Shown: positions 1-6,996 of the stretch, one piece after another
Layout: every line of letters starts with the position of its first letter
Position numbering within the stretch: the stretch's first letter is position 1
Source of the DNA: Candidatus Diapherotrites archaeon CG08_land_8_20_14_0_20_30_16
GTDB taxonomy: Archaea > Iainarchaeota > Iainarchaeia > Iainarchaeales > 0-14-0-20-30-16
Direction: 5' to 3'
DNA length: 32,000 bases
Assembly: GCA_002779075.1 (NCBI GenBank)
Contig: PEXK01000050.1
Span: 65,784-97,783 of the forward strand
Program-made: the position numbers and the translations under genes
The notes under the pieces: model-generated
Told to the model about the DNA's origin: nothing
The model's input: the letters and a program-made list of their open reading frames with translations, nothing else
Database searches by the model: none

Positions 1-753
1 ATTATAAAAATTTAGGTTATTTGCTGTTAATGCAGATGCCCCGCTCAAATATACATTTTTGTTAAAGAGAATTCTGTCTTTCTTGAAAAAGGGAATTAAA
101 AAACCTCTTTTATAAATAATTTTTAATTCGTTTTCAAACATAAAATCAGATAAATCCTTTTCTGGATTTTCTGAAACAACACACAATTCTGCAACTCTAT
201 CTGAATAATTAACAACCCAAATATAGCCAGTTTCCAAAAATTTAAGTGTTAATTTTCCTTTTTCTGATTTTCTTTCAACAGTTGCCTTTATACATTTTTT
301 TGTTAATGATTCAAAAACAGTTTTAGCCAAACTAATATCATCAATACCTACAACATACTTTGATTTTATTAAGGTCCCATGCTCACCGTGTTGAATAAAT
401 ATATTTTCATTATTTTTATCTATAAATGTTGCATTTTCATATATTTTACAATCTTTACTAATGCTCTTGAAAAGATCGTTTTTATATGTTGACATATTTA
501 CTAATATTGTATTTGTTTGAGTTTCAAAAACATTGCCAAAAAGGTCTATTACTTCCATCGATATAATTCGAGTCAGCAATCCTTTTTGAAAATCAAAGCC
601 CAACTCTTTAAATTGTTCTGGGTTTACCAATTCACAATCAGATTTATAATCAAATCTCTGTTTAGACAAAAATGTTATTGGCCAACCATGATCTTTTAAA
701 TAGCGTCCCAAAATCAGTGCGTCCAAATCATTGCCAATTATCAAAAAGCTCAT
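1..753 (-). CDS. N-terminal 251 codons of a geranylgeranyl-reductase / FAD-oxidoreductase-like protein; the gene runs off the left edge and is not in the ORF track
   Basis: The reverse strand is open from ATG (753-751) to position 1 with no stop. The translation starts MSFLIIGNDLDALILGRYLKDHGWPITFLSKQRF... and ends ...NVYLSGASALTANNLNFYN. The layout resembles the beta-alpha-beta dinucleotide fold and the later GDAAG-like segment of geranylgeranyl reductases, but the glycine motif is degenerate. The 517..699 + ORF is its antisense shadow. Confidence 0.35.
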   Translation of the reverse strand, partial: MSFLIIGNDLDALILGRYLKDHGWPITFLSKQRFDYKSDCELVNPEQFKELGFDFQKGLLTRIISMEVIDLFGNVFETQTNTILVNMSTYKNDLFKSISKDCKIYENATFIDKNNENIFIQHGEHGTLIKSKYVVGIDDISLAKTVFESLTKKCIKATVERKSEKGKLTLKFLETGYIWVVNYSDRVAELCVVSENPEKDLSDFMFENELKIIYKRGFLIPFFKKDRILFNKNVYLSGASALTANNLNFYN

Positions 754-850
754 ATATTCACCCAACTGTACAAATATATAAAAAATGCTAATATTTATAA
801 AGAGAAAGTGACAATATATTTTTAACTATTTATATATAAGGATCGATTAG

Positions 851-1864
851 ATGATCACAATAGATGCAAAACGGACTCATCCAGGGTTCATCCTCAGACT
901 TGCCCTTTCTCTGGCAATTCTTGAAAAGAAACCCATAACTATTACTAATATACGGGTGGAAAATGAAAAACCAGGACTAACTTATGAAGACTTCATATAC
1001 TGCAAAATATTTGAACAGATTGCAGGTACAGAAGTTAAAGGAATAGAAAAAGGATCAACAGAAATGGTTTTTGAGCCAAAGACTATCAGATCTGCACAGC
1101 AAATAAACTTTAAATTTCCAGCATTAGTTACTGTTATGCTCCCTAGTCTTTTGCTTCTTTATCATCAAACAACACAGAAAATAAGTCTATCTGGTCCAAC
1201 AAACTATAATGACAAAATTAGCACAGATTATTTTCAAAACATTGTTGTCGAACTGTTACACAAAGTAGGAATATACGCAAAATTAGATATCACAAAAAGA
1301 GGATATGGTGATGATACTGGAAAAATAAGTCTTTATACAAAAGAGCCAACCCATGTAAAATATTTGGAATTAAAAGAAAAAGGCGATTTGATGCATTCTT
1401 TTGTATTAATACATTCTTATGGTCACAGTGAAATAATAAATAATTATATTATTGATGGAATAAAAAATGCATTAATTCAGAAAAATATTAATATTAATGA
1501 ATACAAAAGTGAATTTGTGGAAAATAGAGAAAAACGCAAAGGATATGGCGCCGATGCAATATTAATATATGAAAATACAATATTAGGAACAAATGTTTGT
1601 TCTACAACGAAACAGCCAAGCCAGTTAGGAAAAGAATTAGGAGACAAAATTGCAAGCACAATTTCAAGAGACACACCATTAGATACTCATGCAGGCAATA
1701 TAATTATTCCTTTTCTCGCTTATCACAAACAAAAATGTACAATTGTTTATCCTAAAAAGGATGAATATATGGACGATTGTCTTTATGTTTGTGAAACAAT
1801 TTTAGGAACTAAATACAAAAAAGAAGAAAGAGAAAAAGACATTCTTTTAGAACTTAACCCATAA
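851..1864 (+). CDS. RNA 3'-terminal phosphate cyclase (RtcA/Rcl1) fold protein, divergent
   Basis: 337 aa, the usual RtcA length. The N-terminus ...ILRLALSLAILEKKPITITNIRVENEKPGL matches the RtcA pattern QILRxAxALSxxxGxPxxIxNIRxxRxxPGL. The later DTHAGNIIIPFLA resembles the RtcA (D/E)xLADQLxLPxAL segment. Confidence 0.65.
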   Translation: MITIDAKRTHPGFILRLALSLAILEKKPITITNIRVENEKPGLTYEDFIYCKIFEQIAGTEVKGIEKGSTEMVFEPKTIRSAQQINFKFPALVTVMLPSLLLLYHQTTQKISLSGPTNYNDKISTDYFQNIVVELLHKVGIYAKLDITKRGYGDDTGKISLYTKEPTHVKYLELKEKGDLMHSFVLIHSYGHSEIINNYIIDGIKNALIQKNININEYKSEFVENREKRKGYGADAILIYENTILGTNVCSTTKQPSQLGKELGDKIASTISRDTPLDTHAGNIIIPFLAYHKQKCTIVYPKKDEYMDDCLYVCETILGTKYKKEEREKDILLELNP

Positions 1865-1870
1865 CCAAGC

Positions 1871-1897
1871 TTTTTTTTCTTTTCAAAAAGAAAAAAA
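1871..1897 (+). terminator. T8 tract plus a weak A/U hairpin just after the rtcA-like stop
   Basis: The sequence ttttttttcttttcaaaaagaaaaaaa starts 7 nt after the TAA. Positions 1872-1881 can pair with 1888-1897, almost entirely A-U. Oligo-T tracts are typical archaeal termination signals. Confidence 0.3.
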
Positions 1898-2071
1898 TCT
1901 ACGGTATATCAAAAAAAGAAAATACCGCATTGCTATAAGCGATTGCATAGCAAATATATGCGAAAGTATACTAAAAAAATATTGAAAATTATATTATTTT
2001 TGTTTGCAAAGCAATGTGTATTGCAGAATGCAATCCACTAGTTTTTGGCATACCGCGTGTCAGAAAGGCTT

Positions 2072-2198
2072 TGACTTGTGTCAAAATGGCTGTGAGCTTT
2101 TGACATTTTGTATAAAATTCTTGACAGAGTCTTGAATTTTCTACACTCTGACATTTTGTAAGGAATTCCTGCTAGTGCTTGGAATTTCATACACTGCC
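2072..2198. repeat. Imperfect tandem duplication (about 48-50 bp units) upstream of tRNA-Met
   Basis: Unit 1 is 2101-2148, tgacattttgtataaaattcttgacagagtcttgaattttctacactc. Unit 2 is 2149-2198, tgacattttgtaaggaattcctgctagtgcttggaatttcatacactgcc. The first 12 nt are identical and overall identity is roughly 70%. A possible truncated third copy lies at 2072-2100 (tgacttgtgtcaaaatggc...). Confidence 0.6.
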
Positions 2199-2218
2199 TT
2201 TTTTCTAAAACGGCTTGT

Positions 2219-2377
2219 GCCAAGGTAGCTCAGTTGGTTTAGAGCGCCAGACTCATAATATTTATTATGGAAATTATGAGTGATGAAACCTTTGCATTGA
2301 TTTGTAAAGGTTAATGATTATATAGATTTCTCATATGGGAAATCTGGAGGTCGCGGGTTCAAGTCCCGCCTTTGGCA
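2219..2377 (+). tRNA. tRNA-Met (anticodon CAU, elongator-like) with an 84-nt intron (2258-2341) at the canonical 37/38 position
   Basis: The cloverleaf was read by eye. Acceptor GCCAAGG / CTTTGGC with one G.U pair. D arm GCTC-AGTTGGTTTA-GAGC. Anticodon stem CCAGA (2247-2251) / TCTGG (2343-2347). Loop CTCATAA with CAT at 2254-2256. T arm GCGGG-TTCAAGT-CCCGC. Discriminator A2377. The anticodon stem lacks the three consecutive G-C pairs of initiator tRNA. tRNA-Ile2 (CAU) cannot be excluded from sequence alone. Confidence 0.9.
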
Positions 2378-2490
2378 TTTAAATGGCTCACGAAGTGAGA
2401 GCTTTAAATGTGTGTGTTTGAGATTTTGTGAAAATCTTAAACTCCGCATTTTTAAAAAATACTTTCAAAATAAGACTTTAATAACAATAG

Positions 2491-2928
2491 TTATTTGTCT
2501 TTTAAGATAAAAATATATTTTTCTTTCTGAAGAATAAACAGCTCTTTTGCATCTTTTTTATACATATTACACGAATCATTATAATCTATTCGTCCTTTGT
2601 AATTGTAGCCTTCACTTTCAAATTGAGAATGCATTTGCAATGCTATTGTACCTGCAGATATTTGGTCTCCAGAATCTATAATTAACAATTTTTTTGAATC
2701 AAACCAAATCAAACCATATTTGTCAGATATTGTGTTTGAATATTCAACAGGAATATTTGCTTTTGTATAGGCATCAAATATTTGATTGAAAGAATCAAAT
2801 GATTTGTCTTGCAAAACGTCAAAATAAATAATTGTTTTTTTCTGAGTTTCAATACTGCTATCTGCTTTTGCAAATTCTTGTGCGATAGTATCGTCCGAAA
2901 CAGTAGATTGAAGACAACCAGAAAACAA
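2491..2928 (-). CDS. Hypothetical secreted protein or lipoprotein; the mature part is in this frame and the signal peptide is in another frame (see finding)
   Basis: 145-aa ORF starting at a TTG, reading MFSGCLQSTVSDD..., with no recognisable family. An ATG at 2977 opens a different frame that encodes a typical signal peptide, MLKWGFVLLLSFFILSF. Confidence 0.5.
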   Translation of the reverse strand: MFSGCLQSTVSDDTIAQEFAKADSSIETQKKTIIYFDVLQDKSFDSFNQIFDAYTKANIPVEYSNTISDKYGLIWFDSKKLLIIDSGDQISAGTIALQMHSQFESEGYNYKGRIDYNDSCNMYKKDAKELFILQKEKYIFILKDK

Positions 2929-3041
2929 AACTTAAAATAAAAAAAGACAGCAAAAGGACAAATCCCCATTTGAGCATAAAATCACCTATAAAATAACTAA
3001 GTAATCTTTAAATATCTTTTCATTATATTGGGTGATCTTTA

Positions 3042-3575
3042 ATGATATTTAAATGCTTTTTTAGTATAATGGTTCTCGTTCTTTTTATTTCGTTTAATAT
3101 TGTAGTGTTAACTGCTAATGTAAATGGCGAGGATCAAAACGTTATATGCAAATCAGAAGATATAATAAACCAAGAAATTAGTGCATGTAAAGAGAAAAAC
3201 GGAACTTATGATATTTCCTATGATTCTTATAAATGTAAAATAATTAATTGTAAAATACTGGCTACTCCTGTGCCAGTTACCCCTAGTTGTCCTAGCGAAG
3301 ATGCAAAAACAGAAATAATAAAAAAATGTGAATCAGCAAACATGAGTTACAAATTATATAAAGATAATTATGGTTGTGAACAAATCAATTGTGTTCAAAC
3401 AACAACATGTCCTGATGTTTCATCATCAATTGCCAAATGTAAAGAAAGTGGATTAGATTATAAAGTTGGTTATGATGATAAACAATGTCAAATAATTAGT
3501 TGTATTGAAAAACCTATTTGCCAAACAAGTGATACTATTAACGCAAAGATAAATGATTGTGTAAAAATGGTATGA
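3042..3575 (+). CDS. Secreted cysteine-rich repeat protein (about 35-aa four-Cys modules), ending at an in-frame TGA with an open continuation
   Basis: N-terminal signal peptide MIFKCFFSIMVLVLFISFNIVVLTANVNG. It is followed by three modules of pattern C-x(9-12)-C-x(15)-C-x4-C, for example CPSEDAKTEIIKKCESANMSYKLYKDNYGCEQINC. A fourth module is cut short at TGA 3573-3575. Confidence 0.7.
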   Translation: MIFKCFFSIMVLVLFISFNIVVLTANVNGEDQNVICKSEDIINQEISACKEKNGTYDISYDSYKCKIINCKILATPVPVTPSCPSEDAKTEIIKKCESANMSYKLYKDNYGCEQINCVQTTTCPDVSSSIAKCKESGLDYKVGYDDKQCQIISCIEKPICQTSDTINAKINDCVKMV

Positions 3576-3720
3576 GCTATTGCAACAGCATATACTACAA
3601 CCCCACAGGAGGATGTACAAACAACTAATCCTCAAGTGTCAGAGCCTACAAAACCAGAGAACACAAATGCAACTCCTGGATTCTTCGGAAAAATAAGAAA
3701 TTTCTTTGTAAGCCTGTTTA

Positions 3721-3747
3721 GTTAGGATTTTTCCTAACTTCTTTTTT
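3721..3747 (+). terminator. Stem-loop followed by a T tract
   Basis: GTTAGG (3721-3726) and CCTAAC (3733-3738) form a 6-bp stem with loop attttt, followed by ttctttttt. The T tract follows the hairpin only on the + strand. It lies between the convergent Cys-repeat gene and the methyltransferase gene. Confidence 0.5.
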
Positions 3748-4597
3748 ATTTTTTTACAAATCCCTGCACACAAGAATTGTTGTCTTGTACAGAAAATAAA
3801 TTCTTAAAATCAAATCTATCTAGCCTTTTTATCATATCTTTTGGATTTATTTTTTTAGAATGGAAAACCAGAATATTTTTAGACCAAGCTTCAATTTGCG
3901 AATCTTCTTTATTATATTTCCATTCCAAAAGCTCACATTTAGGTATTGATTTTCTAACAAATTCATTGAAGATTTTGTTTTTTGAAAATCTTTGTAAAAT
4001 CGTTTGAATATTTTTATCAATTTGAAAACCAATAATTAAAAAATCTCCTTTTGAAATTAGCCTATCAAATATATTAAAGATTTTATTTTCTTTAAAATTT
4101 CCAATTGTGTTTCCTAACATAATATGTACTTTGGGTTTATTTGTTACTTTAATGTACTCTGGTTTTACATCCTGAAACAAACCAGCTATTCCTAAGAAAT
4201 TTATTTCATATTTCTTGTTTTCTAAATCCAAATTGTGTAGGGATTGAACAAAACCATCTATAAACTGCTTTTGAACATCAATTCCAATAATATCTACTTT
4301 CTTTTTTTCTTTGAGTACATTGTTAACTAGAACTAATTCAGTATCGCCAGTACCTAAACCATAAAAAACCATTGTTTTATCTTTCAGGTACTTGTTTATT
4401 TTGAGTTTATTTTCAACTAATAAAACCAATTCTGAATAAATTGTAAAATAAGGGTTCGAATATGCAGTTAATTGATACCATAAACTAGGATTGCTAAACC
4501 AGTGTTCACTATTAATGTATCCTTTCCTTACATCATCATACAGCATATCTTTCAACTGTAAATTACTCGTTATCTGAATTATTTTTGAATTTAACAT
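3746..4597 (-). CDS. EgtD-like (Methyltransf_33 family) SAM-dependent methyltransferase
   Basis: 283 aa. The pattern DDVRKGY...NPYFTIYSELVLL...FYGLGTGDTELVL...IIGIDV...IMLGNTIGNF...GDFLIIGFQ parallels the EgtD layout (PEYYxTRxE, ELGSGxxxKT, FLGSTIGNL, GDxLLLGxDL). Confidence 0.6.
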   Translation of the reverse strand: MLNSKIIQITSNLQLKDMLYDDVRKGYINSEHWFSNPSLWYQLTAYSNPYFTIYSELVLLVENKLKINKYLKDKTMVFYGLGTGDTELVLVNNVLKEKKKVDIIGIDVQKQFIDGFVQSLHNLDLENKKYEINFLGIAGLFQDVKPEYIKVTNKPKVHIMLGNTIGNFKENKIFNIFDRLISKGDFLIIGFQIDKNIQTILQRFSKNKIFNEFVRKSIPKCELLEWKYNKEDSQIEAWSKNILVFHSKKINPKDMIKRLDRFDFKNLFSVQDNNSCVQGFVKK

Positions 4598-4604
4598 TTA
4601 ATCA

Positions 4605-5675
4605 CTATCTTGTTGCGATATACCCGCTAACTGTTTGTAGTAATTCTTTTGCTTTTTTATTGGTTTCAAAATGTTTTCTTACTGGATCAATTAATTGATC
4701 AACATACTTAGCAGTTGTTTGTTTTAAATCCATAGGGTGTAGTTTTCCGGCAACAAATGTTTTTTCTAATTCCTTATAAGAATCAAATGAAACATTACCC
4801 CCAAATTTTTCTGGTCTTTCAACATCAAATGTTTTGTACTTTTCAAATATTATGTATTTACAATATTCCAAAATAGGATTATCTTCTACTTGTTTTTCAG
4901 GGCAATATGCTTTGTTAAATTTATTAATAATATCTTTTTGAGTATCTGTCATAAATATCGCAGAATCAGGATTTGATTTAGACATTTTTATCGTAATTAC
5001 TCTATCAACACCTTGTACTTCTGTTTTTGGGGGGTTTAAACCCATTAACATATGATGACTCACAACAACTGGTGGTTTGAAATTCATTTTTGGTGCAATT
5101 TCTCTAACCAGCATATTTACTTTTCTTTGATCCATTCCTAATTGTGTAATATCTACTTTCAATTGAAAAACATCTGATGCTTGCATACATGGATAAAATA
5201 CTTGTGCTGCAGATAAAGTTTCTTGTTCACTTCTCCCCATTATTTGTGCACATCTAATAATTCTTGGCACAGTTGTATTTGTTCCAATTTTAATTGTTCT
5301 AAGCCAATAATCTTGATCCATATTTTTTGAGGCCCATAAAAATTCAACATTTTTCAAATTCATTCCACAAGCTTTCCAAACTTCAATAAAATAATTCCCC
5401 ACAGTTTGGATTTTTTCTAAATCTCTACCCAATTTATTGTTCATTAAAGCGAACCAATCAGCTACCCAGAATTTAAAATGAATTCCTGTACTTGTTAATT
5501 TGTTTACATTTACTGCTCTCAATAATCCTTGGGCAATATGTATTTTTCCAGATGGTTCAAAACCATCATATGCTATTGGGTGTTCTTTTGTTTCAAACAA
5601 TTGCCTTAATTCTGGTTCTGTAATAATCTCTTCTCCCACCTGCTTAACTAAATTTACTTTCTGTTCAATATCCAT
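4605..5675 (-). CDS. tyrS: Tyrosyl-tRNA synthetase (archaeal/eukaryotic type)
   Basis: 356 aa. YDGFEPSGKIHIAQG is the HIGH-region equivalent, and the KMSKS motif is present as KMSKSNPDSAIFM. LGMDQRKVNML and the C-terminal ...GKLHPMDLK... closely resemble eukaryote-type TyrRS. Confidence 0.92.
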   Translation of the reverse strand: MDIEQKVNLVKQVGEEIITEPELRQLFETKEHPIAYDGFEPSGKIHIAQGLLRAVNVNKLTSTGIHFKFWVADWFALMNNKLGRDLEKIQTVGNYFIEVWKACGMNLKNVEFLWASKNMDQDYWLRTIKIGTNTTVPRIIRCAQIMGRSEQETLSAAQVFYPCMQASDVFQLKVDITQLGMDQRKVNMLVREIAPKMNFKPPVVVSHHMLMGLNPPKTEVQGVDRVITIKMSKSNPDSAIFMTDTQKDIINKFNKAYCPEKQVEDNPILEYCKYIIFEKYKTFDVERPEKFGGNVSFDSYKELEKTFVAGKLHPMDLKQTTAKYVDQLIDPVRKHFETNKKAKELLQTVSGYIATR

Positions 5676-5745
5676 TATATCACCAATTAACTGTAATTAT
5701 ATAGATATAGGGAAAACTTTTAAAAGCTTGTAACCTACTTAATAT

Positions 5746-6171
5746 ATGGAAATATCCACTTTATTAATTGTACTTATTGTATGCATTTTTGCCTTATTTC
5801 TAGGTCTAATTATAGGCTATTTGCTTCTGAAAAGAAGCTTTGACAAAAAACTAGACCTAATATTAAAAACTGAAAGAGAAGATGCAATTAAAAGATCAAG
5901 ATCTTCTCTTACTGGGCTGTTTAGTGAGCAATTAAGCCCTTATTTTCCTGACTTCCCTTATAGTCCAACAGAATGTAAGTTTTTGGGCAAGCCTGTTGAT
6001 TTTGTTATATTCAAAGGTGCTGATGAAAACAATATTAAAGAGGTTGTTTTTTTGGAGATAAAAAGTGGAGAAAGCAAATTAAATAAACAGGAAAAGAATC
6101 TCAAAGAAACTATTCTAAACAAAAAAGTAAAATGGGATGAATATAAGGTTCAAAACAACCAAACCAGATAA
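5746..6171 (+). CDS. Membrane-anchored endonuclease related to archaeal Holliday-junction resolvase (COG4741 / Endonuc_Holl-like)
   Basis: 141 aa with an N-terminal TM helix (LLIVLIVCIFALFLGLIIGYLLL) and then a charged linker. The PD-(D/E)xK-like core is GKPVDFVIFKG...VVFLEIKSGESKLNKQEKNL. Confidence 0.55.
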   Translation: MEISTLLIVLIVCIFALFLGLIIGYLLLKRSFDKKLDLILKTEREDAIKRSRSSLTGLFSEQLSPYFPDFPYSPTECKFLGKPVDFVIFKGADENNIKEVVFLEIKSGESKLNKQEKNLKETILNKKVKWDEYKVQNNQTR

Positions 6172-6987
6172 TTAAATTAAGAAACCCAAATTAACAAACT
6201 CCAATAAAATAAAGCTTGCAATAATCCCTAATGCAATAAATGGACCAAATACTGGCAGGTTTCTGTAAACAAAAAGCTTTGCATTTTTAGGCAGTAGTTT
6301 TTTTAATTGTAAGTATTGCTTCTGCTCTAAAGGATACATCTCTATTGCACTTATTTTTCCTACTTTCACATATTTATTACTCAACGATTTCATATCTACT
6401 AAATCATCATTTAATAATTTTGCAATTGATATTTCTTTTTTATAAAATTTTTGCATAATTGTATCTTTCAATAATAAAGAGGTAAATGCAAAAAATGAAA
6501 ACACGAAAATTATTAGGGCTAGATACCAAAGACTAAATATCAAAAACAAACCGCCCAATATTAATGCTAAAACAAAAGAAATAATTGTTGAATACCAGAC
6601 CTCTTTTGTTGGCCTTCTCAATAACAAAACTAAATAGTAAAGGCCATAAAATAAAATTGCTAAAAGCGAACTAAGAACCAAAACAATTAACAAAAATGGC
6701 ATATTATTGTAAAATGGAAAATATAAAGCTAAACCGCTAAAGAATTTAATGTCTCCGCCACCTATTTTCCCAAATCTATAAAATATGTATCCTATTCCAA
6801 AAACAATAACAAATTGAACAAATGCCCACAATACATTTGGTGAAAAGAAAGCCAAAATTGCCCCTATAACTATAAAAGGCCAGTTTAACCAGTCATAAAT
6901 GTATCCTTTCTTATAATCAGTATATGCAGCAATCAATGCGCTAATAATTACAATTGCTATTTTAATTTCGATTAACATAAACATCAA
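6172..6987 (-). CDS. A24-family prepilin/preflagellin (archaellin) signal peptidase
   Basis: 271 aa, polytopic membrane protein. The two aspartate motifs are AAYTDYKKGYI and GKIGGGDIKFFSGLAL (GxGDxK). Confidence 0.75.
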   Translation of the reverse strand: MMFMLIEIKIAIVIISALIAAYTDYKKGYIYDWLNWPFIVIGAILAFFSPNVLWAFVQFVIVFGIGYIFYRFGKIGGGDIKFFSGLALYFPFYNNMPFLLIVLVLSSLLAILFYGLYYLVLLLRRPTKEVWYSTIISFVLALILGGLFLIFSLWYLALIIFVFSFFAFTSLLLKDTIMQKFYKKEISIAKLLNDDLVDMKSLSNKYVKVGKISAIEMYPLEQKQYLQLKKLLPKNAKLFVYRNLPVFGPFIALGIIASFILLEFVNLGFLI

Positions 6988-6996
6988 TACAATAAT

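Noticed and set aside
2038-2223. The 61-aa minus-strand ORF with an internally repeated peptide (CMKFQALAGIPYKMSE / CRKFKTLSRILYKMSK)
   Set aside because: The peptide repeat simply mirrors the DNA tandem repeat. The ORF overlaps the 5' end of tRNA-Met, has no ribosome-binding site or family resemblance, and lies in an otherwise non-coding spacer.
2258-2341. A box C/D guide RNA embedded in the tRNA-Met intron
   Set aside because: A perfect box C heptamer GTGATGA is present (2280-2286), flanked by a potential terminal stem (2275-2280 / 2330-2335). There is no CTGA box D anywhere in the intron. The best D-like candidate (TAGA 2323-2326) is 3 nt from the stem, and the C'-like ATGATTA (2314-2320) leaves no room for a guide. 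The D'-side candidate guide is not complementary to the tRNA. One 7-mer is not enough evidence in AT-rich sequence.
2378-2490. Palindromic stretches after tRNA-Met (TTTAAAtggCTCACgaaGTGAGagcTTTAAA and AGATTTTgtgAAAATCT) as a possible small RNA or second BHB
   Set aside because: These are short A/T-rich stems between two convergent transcription units. The most economical reading is as terminator or 3'-trailer structures, and no further signal supports an RNA gene.
3573-3575. A genome-wide reassignment of TGA (for example to Trp or Gly) as the explanation for the in-frame TGAs in the Cys-repeat gene and the yhhQ-like gene
   Set aside because: TGA terminates several well-defined genes at positions that fit family lengths and are followed at once by the next start. 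Examples are csl4 (ATGA overlap with rpoL at 18210-18213), the Zn-ribbon gene (19084), pmbA (29770-29772, next ATG 1 nt later), xpd (23953), the YhcG-like gene (8325) and the PDCD5-like gene (15773). TGA is therefore an ordinary stop here, and Trp is encoded by TGG throughout.
3573-3747. Selenocysteine insertion at the TGA of the Cys-rich protein, and a PGF-CTERM archaeosortase signal in the extension
   Set aside because: The only downstream hairpin (GTTAGG/CCTAAC) is a plain stem-loop with no SECIS-like internal loop, and there is no Sec machinery in the window. The PGF in ...NATPGFFGKIRNFFVSLFS is followed by only 13 residues that include Lys/Arg/Asn. It is not the ~20-residue hydrophobic helix plus basic end of a genuine PGF-CTERM.
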